Origin: Clostridia bacterium
GTDB lineage: Bacteria; Bacillota; Clostridia; TANB77; CAG-508
DNA: 64,000 nucleotides
Direction of reading: 5' to 3'
Assembly (NCBI GenBank): GCA_045643205.1
Contig: JAZUKI010000007.1
Span: 32,001-96,000, forward strand
The position numbers were made by a program, and so were the translations under genes. Under the pieces are notes generated by a model. It worked only from the letters and a program-made list of their open reading frames with translations. It did no database searches and had not been told where the DNA came from. Shown here piece after piece: positions 28,917 to 38,968 of this stretch; the first letter of the stretch is position 1; the number at the start of each line of letters is the position of its first letter.

Positions 28917-29897
28917 TTATTTTCCGAAAACTTGATGATTTTCTATTTGATTACCATTTAAATAATCTCTAACAGACATTCTTTTTGAATTTTCTGCTTG
29001 AACTTCTTGAATTAATATTGTTTTTTCACCTGTTTGAACTAATATTCCTTCTGGTGTAATATCAAGAATTTCACCAGGTGTCATTGAATATTTTTCAGCA
29101 GTTACACGTGTATATGTTTTCCAAATTTTTAATTTTTTTCCATTTAAGAATGTATATGCTCCCATAATTGGATCAAGTCCTCTAACTAAGTTGTGAATTT
29201 CATTTGCTGTTTTGTTCCAATCTATTAAAGCCATTTCTTTATTTAACATTGGTGCTAATGTATAATCATCACCTTGTCTCTTTATTCCTATTGCAGATTT
29301 TAATTGATTAACATTTTCTATAACTCTTGTTTCAGTTACTGATCTTATTTTATCAATTGTTTCAATTAAAAGATTTGCTCCTAGTTTAGACATTCTCTTC
29401 CAAAGTTGTCCTGTTGTTTCTTCATAATCTATTGGTGTTTCAACTCTAAGAATCATGTCTCCTGTATCCATTCCTGCATCCATAAACATTGTTGTTATTC
29501 CTGTTGTATGGTCTCCGTTTAAAACAGCCCATTGAATTGGTGCAGCGCCTCTGTATTTTGGAAGTAATGATCCATGAACATTTACACATCCATATCTTGG
29601 AATATCAAGTAATTCTTGTGGAAGTATTTTTCCATATGCAACAACTACTATTAATTCTGGATTCATTTCTTTAATTTCATTCATGAATTCTTCATTGTTT
29701 TTTATTTTTTCTGGTTGTATTACCTTTAAACCTTTTTCTTCTGCAAAAACTTTTACAGGTGATGGTTCTAATTTCATTCCTCTTCCTGATGGTGAGTCAA
29801 CTTTAGTTACTACTGCTAAAATATTGTGTCCTGCATCATATAATGCTTCTAAAGATTCTACAGCAAAATCAGGTGTTCCCATAAATAATATATTCAT
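28917..29897 (-). CDS. fmt: Methionyl-tRNA formyltransferase
   Basis: FMGTPDFA, VNVHGSLLPKYRGAAPIQW. Confidence 0.97.
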   Translation of the reverse strand: MNILFMGTPDFAVESLEALYDAGHNILAVVTKVDSPSGRGMKLEPSPVKVFAEEKGLKVIQPEKIKNNEEFMNEIKEMNPELIVVVAYGKILPQELLDIPRYGCVNVHGSLLPKYRGAAPIQWAVLNGDHTTGITTMFMDAGMDTGDMILRVETPIDYEETTGQLWKRMSKLGANLLIETIDKIRSVTETRVIENVNQLKSAIGIKRQGDDYTLAPMLNKEMALIDWNKTANEIHNLVRGLDPIMGAYTFLNGKKLKIWKTYTRVTAEKYSMTPGEILDITPEGILVQTGEKTILIQEVQAENSKRMSVRDYLNGNQIENHQVFGK

Positions 29898-30000
29898 AAT
29901 TATCTCCTATCTTTTCTTAAGTATTTTTATCTATTGATTTAAATTAATTATCTAGTTGTTGTTCTATATATAGTCGTTCTACATATTTAAAATTATTTAA

Positions 30001-30480
30001 TTATTGATCTAAATATTCTAATGTTCCTGGCTCCATTAAATCAACAAATAAAGTTCCGTCTAAATGATTTATTTCATGGCATAAGCATTGTGCTAATAAA
30101 TCTTCTCCTTGAATAGTAATTTCTTTTCCGTTTTCATCTAATGCTTTAACAGTTACTTTTTTAGGTCTTCTTACCATAGCAAATTTGTTAGGAAAACTTA
30201 AACATCCTTCTTGGCATTCATGTGTTTCTCTAGATTCTTTTACTATTACTGGATTAACTAGTTTTAATGGTTTATGTTCATCATCATACCAAACATCAAC
30301 TGTTACTAGTCTTTTTAAAATTCCGACTTGAACAGCTGAAAGTCCTACTCCATTGCTGGCATGCATTGTTTCAACCATATCATCTAAAAGTTCTCTAATT
30401 CTATCATCTACGATTTCAACTTCTCTTGATTTTTTTCTAAGAATTTCATCCCCTTCAAATCTTAAATTTCTAATTGCCAT
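30001..30480 (-). CDS. def: Peptide deformylase
   Basis: [18 protein letters not shown]. Confidence 0.97.
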   Translation of the reverse strand: MAIRNLRFEGDEILRKKSREVEIVDDRIRELLDDMVETMHASNGVGLSAVQVGILKRLVTVDVWYDDEHKPLKLVNPVIVKESRETHECQEGCLSFPNKFAMVRRPKKVTVKALDENGKEITIQGEDLLAQCLCHEINHLDGTLFVDLMEPGTLEYLDQ

Positions 30481-30513
30481 TTTTTACTCCTTTATACATA
30501 TCTTGTACATATT

Positions 30514-32745
30514 TTATAACATATTATTTGGATTTAACTCTATAGCTAGTCTTGCTGTTAAAACCTTCATATTATAAAAGGTTTCTAGAGCTCCATTCAT
30601 TAAATCATTAATTTTCTCATCATATTTGCATTTTACTATCATTCTCATTCTATACCTATCTTTAATTTTATCAATTGGTGATGGCACAGGAGAATATAAT
30701 AAAACTCCAAATTTTTCATTTATAACTCTGTCTTTTAAATAAGCATGTAGCGTATTAGCTACTTTTATTAGTTCATTCTTGCTTTTTGAAGACATTTCAG
30801 CTACGATTATATCACAGAAAGGTGGGTATTTCAACGACTTGCGGACTTCAAGCTCTGTGTCAAAAAATTCTTCATAATTCTGAGTTTTTGCTAATTCTAT
30901 TGCATAATGTTCTGGATTATATGTTTGAACAATTACTCGTCCTGCTATTTCTCCTCTTCCTGCTCTACCTGCAACTTGAGTTAGAGTTTGGAAAGTTCTC
31001 TCTGATGCTCTAAAATCTTCAAAGTTTAATTCTGTATCAGCAGCAACAACTCCTACTAAAGTTACATTTGGAAAATCATGGCCTTTAACAACCATTTGTG
31101 TTCCTATTAAAATATTTATGTTTTCATCTTTAAATTTTTTAAGAATTTCTTCGTGTGAATTCTTTTTCGAAACTGTATCTGAATCCATTCTTATTGTAGT
31201 TGAATTTGGAAATAAACTTTTTATTTCTTCTTCAAGCTTTTGAGTTCCTGCTCCGAATGTTCTAATGTTTTTACTATGACAATTTGGACATTCATTTACC
31301 ATTTCTCTTTCGTTTCCACAATAATGGCATTTCAATTTGTTTTCATATTTATGATATGTAAGAGTTATATTGCATCTGTCACATTTAATTGTTTCACCAC
31401 AATCTCTGCACATAATAAATGAAGCAAATCCTCTTCTATTTAAAAACAAAATTGTTTGTTGATTATTATCTAAATTACTTTGTATTTCATCTCTTAGTTT
31501 TTCACTAATCATTGATTTATTGCCATTAGCTAATTCATCTCTTAAATCCACAATATCAACAGTTGGAAGTGTGGATTTGTTTGCTCTATTTCTAATTGTT
31601 AATAATTTTATTTCATCTTGTTTTGCTTTGTAAAAACTTTTCATACTAGGTGTTGCACTGCCTAAAACAAGTGGTACACCAACTTTATCTTTTATATATT
31701 CTGCAATTTCAATTGCATTATATCTTGGATTACTTTCAGATTCATATGATTCATCATGTTCTTCGTCAATTACTATTAATCCTAAATTTTGTACTGGTGC
31801 AAAAATTGCTGATCTTGCTCCTATTATAATTTTTGCTTTTCCTTCTTTGATTTTCATCCATTGGTCAAATCTCTCTCCAATAGATAATTTGCTATGAAGT
31901 ACTGCAATGTTTTCTTCACCAAATCTTGCAATAAATCTATCAACTGTTTGTGGAGTTAACGAGATTTCTGGAACAAGCATAATACTTGATTTTCCTCTTT
32001 CTAGTGCTTTGCTAATAAGTTGTAAATAAATTTCTGTTTTTCCGCTTCCTGTAACTCCAAAAATTAAATATTCATTTGCTGTATTTAAATTTTTACTTAT
32101 CTCATTAAAAACTTTTTGTTGTTCATCTGTTAATTTATAATTTTGGGTTTTTTGATTGACTTTATGTATAAATGGATTTCTTTCAACTTTTGTTGGAACT
32201 TTTTCAATGAATCCTTTCTTTTGAAGTGCTGTAACTACAGCTGGTGTGGCATCTGTAAAAAGTTCTATATCTTGCATACTTGAATTATCATTATTTAATA
32301 AAAACTCTAATACATCGATTTGTTTTTGAGATTTTATTTCTTTACTTTCAATTGCTTCTTCAATTTCTTCTCTGGTCTTAGCAAGAGAAATACAATTTAT
32401 TTTCTTTTCTTTTATTCTATTATCTATGTTTTTATTTGTTCTTCCTGGTGGAAGCATTAGTCTTAAGCAATCAGCTATATTGCAGAAATATCTATGAGCC
32501 ATAAATTTAGATAATTCTAAATAATCATCAGCAATTTGCTCTTCTTGTAATCCTGAAATAGGTTTAATTTTAAATTCAGATTTTTCTTTAATATTTACAA
32601 CAATACCTTCTGCTAATACTTTTTGATTTCCAAAAGGCACAAAAACTCTGCTCCCAACTTTTATTTCTAAATCAGTTGGGATTTCATAATCAAAAGTTTT
32701 ATTTAATGTTTTTACACTTGTGTCTATAATAACTTCTGCTACCAA
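30514..32745 (-). CDS. priA: Primosomal helicase PriA
   Basis: GVTGSGKTE, DEEH, LNRRG, four CxxC pairs, QVAGRAGR; TTG start after AAGGAG. Confidence 0.96.
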   Translation of the reverse strand: MVAEVIIDTSVKTLNKTFDYEIPTDLEIKVGSRVFVPFGNQKVLAEGIVVNIKEKSEFKIKPISGLQEEQIADDYLELSKFMAHRYFCNIADCLRLMLPPGRTNKNIDNRIKEKKINCISLAKTREEIEEAIESKEIKSQKQIDVLEFLLNNDNSSMQDIELFTDATPAVVTALQKKGFIEKVPTKVERNPFIHKVNQKTQNYKLTDEQQKVFNEISKNLNTANEYLIFGVTGSGKTEIYLQLISKALERGKSSIMLVPEISLTPQTVDRFIARFGEENIAVLHSKLSIGERFDQWMKIKEGKAKIIIGARSAIFAPVQNLGLIVIDEEHDESYESESNPRYNAIEIAEYIKDKVGVPLVLGSATPSMKSFYKAKQDEIKLLTIRNRANKSTLPTVDIVDLRDELANGNKSMISEKLRDEIQSNLDNNQQTILFLNRRGFASFIMCRDCGETIKCDRCNITLTYHKYENKLKCHYCGNEREMVNECPNCHSKNIRTFGAGTQKLEEEIKSLFPNSTTIRMDSDTVSKKNSHEEILKKFKDENINILIGTQMVVKGHDFPNVTLVGVVAADTELNFEDFRASERTFQTLTQVAGRAGRGEIAGRVIVQTYNPEHYAIELAKTQNYEEFFDTELEVRKSLKYPPFCDIIVAEMSSKSKNELIKVANTLHAYLKDRVINEKFGVLLYSPVPSPIDKIKDRYRMRMIVKCKYDEKINDLMNGALETFYNMKVLTARLAIELNPNNML

Positions 32746-32836
32746 AGTTTTCTCCTTTATTATTTGTTTATTTCATAAGTTTTAACTATATTTTTTTATT
32801 TCACATGCTCTGACTCTATTGTTTATTTTAACTCTT

Positions 32837-33673
32837 TTATTTGTTTTGCATTTCATATGCTTTAACTGTATTTTCCATAAGAGTTGCTACTGTCATTGGT
32901 CCAACTCCTCCTGGTGATGGTGTAATATATGATGCAATATTTTTTACATTATCAAAATCAACATCACCGCAAAGTGTTCCATCTTCTTTTCTACTAACTC
33001 CTACATCTATTACTACAGCTCCTTCTTTTACCATATCTGCTCTAACCATATTGCGATGTCCTGTAGCTGAAATAATAATATCTGCTTGTTTCACTTCTTC
33101 TTCTATATTAATTGTTTTTGTATGACATGTAGTAACTGTACAATTTTTACTTAATAATAGTTGTGCCATTGGCTTTCCTACTATATTACTTCTTCCTATT
33201 ATAACTGCTTTTTTTCCTGCTAATTCGATGTTGTATTTTTCAAACATTTTCATTATTCCATATGGTGTACATGGAATAAATGTTGGCTTTCCAATACTTA
33301 GCCATCCAACGTTTACCGGATTAAAACCATCTACATCTTTTTCTGGTTTAATGCATTCCGCAGCTTTATAGTAATCAATAGTTTGAGGTAATGGATATTG
33401 AAGTAAAATTCCATTTACTGCTTTATCGTTATTTAATTTCTTAATTAATTTTATTAATTCTTCTTGTGTTGAAGAAGTTGTTAAAACATGTTCTTCATAT
33501 TCGATTCCAACCTCTTGGCATGCTTTACTTTTAATTTTTACATATACTTTTGAAGCTTCATCATCTCCACATAAAATAACTGCAAGCTTTGGTTTTGTTT
33601 TAAATAATTTTACTTTTTCGGCTAATCCTGTTCTTATTTCTTTAGCTAATTCTCTTCCATCAATTAAAACCAT
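32837..33673 (-). CDS. folD: Methylenetetrahydrofolate dehydrogenase/cyclohydrolase
   Basis: KDVDGF, PCTPYG, GRSNIVGKP, PGGVGPMT. Confidence 0.96.
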   Translation of the reverse strand: MVLIDGRELAKEIRTGLAEKVKLFKTKPKLAVILCGDDEASKVYVKIKSKACQEVGIEYEEHVLTTSSTQEELIKLIKKLNNDKAVNGILLQYPLPQTIDYYKAAECIKPEKDVDGFNPVNVGWLSIGKPTFIPCTPYGIMKMFEKYNIELAGKKAVIIGRSNIVGKPMAQLLLSKNCTVTTCHTKTINIEEEVKQADIIISATGHRNMVRADMVKEGAVVIDVGVSRKEDGTLCGDVDFDNVKNIASYITPSPGGVGPMTVATLMENTVKAYEMQNK

Positions 33674-33859
33674 TTTTATCTCCTCACTTAGTTTTACTAC
33701 ACCCTTTTTATATCATATTTATCTTGAAAATAGAAGAAAATACAATATATTCCTTCTATTAAATTATTATTTCAATGTTGTAACATTTATTGTTATTATC
33801 TTTTTTGATTGATATACTTTTTAGGTATTATAATTTAATATTAAAAGGAGATTTATTTT

Positions 33860-35410
33860 ATGAAAAAGACATTAAGAATTATCACTCTTATTGTTCTTGT
33901 AGTAATGATTTTCTCTGCTTTTTCAGTAGCATTTGCTTCACCTGTTGCTAAGGCTGAAGCTACAATGTCTCTAGTTAAAGAAGAAATTGCTTCAGGAACA
34001 TTTGGTGAAAACAACTATGGTGCTTACAGAAAAGAAAAGGTTAACTTTGATGCAGCAAAGAAATTGATTGATATCAAATTAACTGTAACAAATAATGCAC
34101 CAGAACCAAAATCACACGAGGAAGAAATTCCTGCTGATGTTCCAGGAGAAATTGTTTACTTAATTGATATTTCTAGATCAATGAGTGTTAATGAAGTAAC
34201 AATTAATGGTCAAACAACTACAAGAAAAGCTGCAGTTTTAAATGCTGCTAAGATTTTAACTGATAAGTTATTTGCTCAAAACAAAGATTTAAAAGTTGGT
34301 GTTGTTGGTTATTCAACTACAACTCAAGTTTTAAATCCTGACAAACGTGGAACACTTGATGATGCTGTTATCTTTACAGAAAATTTAGTTACAACTAAAG
34401 ATGCTGTAAACTCTGTATTTGATACAGTTGCAACAACAGTAAAAGGTGATACTACAGATATTCAAATGGGATTAAGAGCTGCTCAATCTTTATTTACAGA
34501 TTCAACAACAGCTAAAAAATATATTGTTTTATTAACAGATGGTATTCCAAATGTTGCTGAAGGAATTATTCCTACAGTAAAATCTGATGGAACAGGATTT
34601 GAAAGCGCATATGATATGGATGTTTTCAATCCAACAAAAAACGAAGTTAAAGGCTTAAAATCAAAAGGAATTAATTTAGTTTCTATTTTAATTAATATGT
34701 TAGATATTGAATTACCTATTTCTACTATGACTCCTGCTGAAATGCAAACAATGTATGAAGCTATTGGAAGAAATATTAGTGAAGCTGGTGAAAAGCCAAC
34801 ATATTTAGATGTTTCTAAATTTATATTTGGTACAGAATCAAAACCAACTACTGGTACTGTATACTACATACCAACAGATAATGATATTTACAAATATATA
34901 ACAGAATCTGTTTATGATTCACTTATAGGAGATCCTATTAAGAAAACAGTAATTGATGTTCCTGAATATAATTTAACTGATATTGTTTTAAAGGATTATT
35001 TCCCAGCAAATATCGTTGCAAACTTTGATAAAGCTGAATTAATTGAAGCTTCTAAAGGAACAGTTTCAGCTAAAATTGATGCTTCAGATAATTCAATTAC
35101 TTGGACAATTGGTGATTTAAAACCTCAAGAAACAGCAACATATACTTATAGATTAACTTTAAAAGATAAATTTGATAGTTCTATTATTGGAAAAAATCTT
35201 CCAACAAATGAAAAAATTACAATTACTTATGAAGAAAATGATAAACCTGGAACTCCTGTAGAAGATACAAGATGCCCTGTTGTTATCTTAGATGTAACAC
35301 CTAAAAAAGTTATTCCACAAACTGGTGAGAATACATTAGCTTTTGTAGGAATTGCATTATTAGTAATAAGTACAATTGGTACAGTTTCTTACATTAAGTC
35401 AAGAAGATAA
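33860..35410 (+). CDS. vWA-domain cell-surface protein with a sortase signal
   Basis: Signal peptide, MIDAS motif DISRS...T...LTDG, C-terminal IPQTG, TM helix and KSRR tail. Confidence 0.88.
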   Translation: MKKTLRIITLIVLVVMIFSAFSVAFASPVAKAEATMSLVKEEIASGTFGENNYGAYRKEKVNFDAAKKLIDIKLTVTNNAPEPKSHEEEIPADVPGEIVYLIDISRSMSVNEVTINGQTTTRKAAVLNAAKILTDKLFAQNKDLKVGVVGYSTTTQVLNPDKRGTLDDAVIFTENLVTTKDAVNSVFDTVATTVKGDTTDIQMGLRAAQSLFTDSTTAKKYIVLLTDGIPNVAEGIIPTVKSDGTGFESAYDMDVFNPTKNEVKGLKSKGINLVSILINMLDIELPISTMTPAEMQTMYEAIGRNISEAGEKPTYLDVSKFIFGTESKPTTGTVYYIPTDNDIYKYITESVYDSLIGDPIKKTVIDVPEYNLTDIVLKDYFPANIVANFDKAELIEASKGTVSAKIDASDNSITWTIGDLKPQETATYTYRLTLKDKFDSSIIGKNLPTNEKITITYEENDKPGTPVEDTRCPVVILDVTPKKVIPQTGENTLAFVGIALLVISTIGTVSYIKSRR

Positions 35411-35574
35411 TCATAATTTAAATCTATAAATATAAATAAAAATCAAGTTTTATACTTGAATAAAAATTAAGTTTTATATAAAAAAGAGCAAGTTTTATAC
35501 TTGCTCTTTTTGTTTGTATTGTTTTAGGCATAATAAAAAGCCCGTATAAAACGGGCTTGAATATTTGAAATAAA

Positions 35575-35979
35575 TTATCTCTTTGAGAATTGTGGTGCTT
35601 TTCTTGCTTTTTTAAGACCATATTTCTTTCTCTCTTTTTCACGAGAGTCTCTAGTTAATAATCCAGCTTTCTTTAATAATGATCTGTATTCTTCTCTGTT
35701 TGCTTCATTTAAAGCTCTTGCAATTCCATGTCTAACTGCTCCAGCTTGTCCGCTGAATCCACCACCTGTAACTTTAGCATCTACATCAAATTTTCCTAAT
35801 GTATCTGTAATTGTTAATGGTTGTTTAACTATAACTTTTAATGTTTCTTCACCGAAAAATTCTTCAATATCTTTTCCGTTGATTGTTATTTTTCCTTTTC
35901 CTTCTGTTAGTCTAACTCTGGCAATTGAACTTTTTCTTCTTCCTGTTCCTAAGTAAGCATCTTTATTTGATTTAGCCAT
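35575..35979 (-). CDS. rpsI: 30S ribosomal protein S9
   Basis: GTGRRKSS...[19 protein letters not shown]. Confidence 0.98.
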   Translation of the reverse strand: MAKSNKDAYLGTGRRKSSIARVRLTEGKGKITINGKDIEEFFGEETLKVIVKQPLTITDTLGKFDVDAKVTGGGFSGQAGAVRHGIARALNEANREEYRSLLKKAGLLTRDSREKERKKYGLKKARKAPQFSKR

Positions 35980-36034
35980 GTAAGTTTTACCTCCTATTTA
36001 ATATTAATTCTTTTTATTATAAATCTAATCTAAA

Positions 36035-36469
36035 TTAGAATTCCCATTTTTCTGGTTTTTGTGCTGCTTGATCATGTTCAGCTCCGGCATAAACTTTTAA
36101 TTTCTTTAATTGTTTAGCACCTAAGCTATTATGTGGTAACATTCCTTTTACTGCAATGTACATTGCTTTTTCAGGATTTTTTTCCATCATAACTGCTGCA
36201 GAAACTTCTGTCATGTTTCCAATATATCCAGTAAAATGTGTATATTTCTTTTCATTTAATTTGTTTCCTGTTAAGTTTGCTTTTCCGCAATTAACAATTA
36301 TAACAAAATCACCAGCATCTGCGTTTGGTGTAAATGTTGGTTTATGTTTTCCTCTTAGTAATCTTGCTGCTTCTGCTGCTACTCTACCTAAAGATTTGTT
36401 TTCAGCGTCAATTATATACCATTTTCTTTCAACTTCATTGTTTTTAGCCATATATGTTGTATTATTCAT
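36035..36469 (-). CDS. rplM: 50S ribosomal protein L13
   Basis: [25 protein letters not shown]; start moved to 36469 after GAGGGAGG. Confidence 0.97.
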   Translation of the reverse strand: MNNTTYMAKNNEVERKWYIIDAENKSLGRVAAEAARLLRGKHKPTFTPNADAGDFVIIVNCGKANLTGNKLNEKKYTHFTGYIGNMTEVSAAVMMEKNPEKAMYIAVKGMLPHNSLGAKQLKKLKVYAGAEHDQAAQKPEKWEF

Positions 36470-36499
36470 GGTAAAATTTCCTCCCTCATTAAAAATAAA

Positions 36500-36560
36500 A
36501 TAATATATATGAAACCTTTTAAAACTACCGGGGAGTGTCTTAAAAGTCATATTACATATC
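36500..36560 (-). promoter_or_regulatory. Probable L13 autoregulatory leader
   Basis: Structured GC-containing segment (CTCCCGG) in the rplM 5' UTR, downstream of a TTGACT-N17-TAAAAT promoter at 36575-36603; family match not verified. Confidence 0.4.
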
Positions 36561-36621
36561 AATCATGCTTTTCTATTTTAATACAATAGTAATAAAAAGT
36601 CAATGTTTTTTCAAAAATTGG

Positions 36622-36650
36622 TTGACTTTTCTCTATTTTCGTAGTATTAT
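36622..36650 (+). promoter_or_regulatory. Sigma-A promoter of infC-rpmI-rplT, divergent from the rplM promoter
   Basis: TTGACT-N17-TATTAT. Confidence 0.7.
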
Positions 36651-36659
36651 TAATAACGT

Positions 36660-36772
36660 ATTAGAAAGAAGCAATCACTGCTCACCTTAACTTGTTAGGA
36701 AAAGGTTATAACTTATTTTTTATATTTTAGGTTATATTTGAGTAGTGGATTGGCTTGTGCCAATCTTTTTTT
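36660..36772 (+). promoter_or_regulatory. L20 leader (ribosomal protein L20 attenuator)
   Basis: AGAAGCAATCACTGCTCACCT...GAGTAGTGGATTGGC, then terminator GATTGGC/GCCAATC plus T-tract, upstream of infC-rpmI-rplT. Confidence 0.8.
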
Positions 36773-36818
36773 ATTGCTTTTTATCTAGTTCAATGAAATG
36801 AATTGGAGGTGTTGTCAC

Positions 36819-37340
36819 ATAAAACAAGAATTACTTATTAATGGACAAATAAGAGCTAATGAAGTTGAAGTTATCGATGATAACGGTGGAAAACTTGGAG
36901 TTATGTCTCTAGAAAAAGCTTTAGATTTAGCTGGTAGTAAAGAATTAGATTTAGTTTTAGTTGCTCCTAATAATGAGCCTAAACTTTGCAAACTTATGAA
37001 TTATGGTAAATATAAGTTTGAACAAGCTAAAAAAGAAAAAGAAGCTAAGAAAAAACAAAAAGTTACTGAAATTAAAGAAATTAGAATTACTCCAAATACT
37101 GATACTCATGATATTGAGTTCAAGACAAAAAATGCTAAAAAGTTTCTTGAAGAAGGCAACAAAGTTAGAATCACAGTTAAGTTTAGAGGACGTGAAATGA
37201 GTTATACTAAACTTGGTGAAGAAACAATGAATCAAATTATCGCAGGATTAGATGATATTGCAACTGTTGAAAAAGCTCCTAAAATGGAAGGCAGAAATAT
37301 GTTTGCAATTGTAGCACCAAAGACTGCTGATAAAAAATAA
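36819..37340 (+). CDS. infC: Translation initiation factor IF-3 (probable ATA start)
   Basis: INGQIRA, DLVLVAP, NYGKYKFE, VKFRGRE; GGAGGT SD lies 8 nt before ATA 36819. Confidence 0.95.
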   Translation: MKQELLINGQIRANEVEVIDDNGGKLGVMSLEKALDLAGSKELDLVLVAPNNEPKLCKLMNYGKYKFEQAKKEKEAKKKQKVTEIKEIRITPNTDTHDIEFKTKNAKKFLEEGNKVRITVKFRGREMSYTKLGEETMNQIIAGLDDIATVEKAPKMEGRNMFAIVAPKTADKK

Positions 37341-37472
37341 TTTTATATTGTTTATTTGGTTAGCTGAATGTGTTAAACGTTTCGCTACTATAATAATAAA
37401 TTTCAATAATAATCACCGCTCTTTATTTAAAGACTGGTTTAGATTAAACACTATATTTAAGGAGGATTAATT

Positions 37473-37676
37473 ATGCCAAAGTTAAAAACAAACAAGGCTG
37501 CTAAGAAAAGATATAGCTATACAGCTACAGGAAAAGTTAAAAGAACAAAATCAAACAGAAGACATTTATTAGGAAATAAAACAAACAGACAAAAAGCTTC
37601 AGGAAGTGTATTAAACGCATATGTTGATAAAACTTCTATGGAACATGTAAAGAATTTATTACCTTATGGAGATTAA
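37473..37676 (+). CDS. rpmI: 50S ribosomal protein L35
   Basis: MPKLKTNKAAKKRY..TATGKVKR. Confidence 0.96.
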   Translation: MPKLKTNKAAKKRYSYTATGKVKRTKSNRRHLLGNKTNRQKASGSVLNAYVDKTSMEHVKNLLPYGD

Positions 37677-37727
37677 TTAGAATTTAATTTTATCAATAGA
37701 GTTTGATAAACAGAAAGGAGATTTAAA

Positions 37728-38084
37728 ATGGCAAGAGTTAAAACAGCTATTATAACAAGAAAGAAACATAAAAAAATAATTAAAAGAGCAAAAGGATTTT
37801 TCGGTGCAAAGCACTACAGATTTAGACAAGCTAAACAACAAGTTATGAAATCTGGAGCATATGCTTATGTAGGAAGAAAAGATAAAAAATCTGATTTCAG
37901 AAAATTATGGATTGCAAGAATTAATGCTGCAGCTAGAATGAACAATACAACATACAGCAAATTAATCGCTGGATTAAAAGCTGCTAATGTTACTGTTAAT
38001 AGAAAAATGTTAGCTGAATTAGCAGTTAATGATGCTAAAGCTTTCACAGAACTTTGCAAAGTTGCTGAAAAAGCTAGCAAATAA
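37728..38084 (+). CDS. rplT: 50S ribosomal protein L20
   Basis: MARVK...[14 protein letters not shown]...[10 protein letters not shown]. Confidence 0.98.
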   Translation: MARVKTAIITRKKHKKIIKRAKGFFGAKHYRFRQAKQQVMKSGAYAYVGRKDKKSDFRKLWIARINAAARMNNTTYSKLIAGLKAANVTVNRKMLAELAVNDAKAFTELCKVAEKASK

Positions 38085-38293
38085 TTTTGGTTTATCTTTC
38101 TAGTTGCTTATGCAATTAGAAAATAAATAATAACTTATAATGTAAAAAAAGATTGATATAAAATCAATCTTTTTTTTATTTGCTTTATTTAATTAAATCT
38201 AGTCTTATAATCTAGCTTTATAATTTACTTTCTATATTATAATATTATAATATTTTATACTCGCTATTATTTAGTCAGATCAGCCATCTAATC

Positions 38294-38692
38294 TTATAGT
38301 TCAGCTTTTGGCTCAACTTTTGAAATCATTGGTTGTGTTGTTCCTTCTGTTTGGCTTCCGATTCCTTCAGCTGCTACTTGGATACCAGCATTTATTGAAG
38401 AATTTCTTGGTCTTCTTGTTTTCTTAATAAGTGGTGGCATTAGTGACTTGTACTCGTTTCCATCGAAAGCATCTACTTCAACAGTACGTGTCAAAACATC
38501 CTTATATTGATAAGAAACACTTCTATCATTTTCGTGATATTTTACAACGAAGATGTTAGGATATGTCTTCTCAATAGTAGCCTCCTTCTCAAATAATTTA
38601 CTTCTTCCTAAAGATCCTTTTACAATAATCTTTTCGCCAACTCTATTGGCAATATTGCTTTTTAAATTTGAAATATCATTTTGGTAAATCAT
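38294..38692 (-). CDS. veg: Veg-family protein with a C-terminal extension
   Basis: GEKIIVKGSLGRSK...IEKTYPNIFVV...SYQYKDVLTRTVE. Confidence 0.85.
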   Translation of the reverse strand: MIYQNDISNLKSNIANRVGEKIIVKGSLGRSKLFEKEATIEKTYPNIFVVKYHENDRSVSYQYKDVLTRTVEVDAFDGNEYKSLMPPLIKKTRRPRNSSINAGIQVAAEGIGSQTEGTTQPMISKVEPKAEL

Positions 38693-38968
38693 TTAATCAC
38701 CCACTTTTCTCTAACGTTGTACTTATAATATCATTTTTTTGGCGTTTTTGCAAAAAAATTATGTTACGTAATCCTTGTGTCCGTAGAGAAATAAGGCATT
38801 TCAAGAAATATTACAATAATATTACATTTGTAATTTTTCTTCCATTTTATGTCAACTAATTGGCGTGGTTATTGATACAAAAGAAGAACCCGATTTTATA
38901 AAAATCGGGTTCTTTTACTCTTACTGTTTGCATAATATTTTTACGATTCTATATGCTTTTCCAAACTT

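Noticed and set aside
36470-36562. N-terminal extension of L13 given in the ORF track
   Set aside because: A strong SD precedes ATG 36469, and the extra sequence is the 5' leader.
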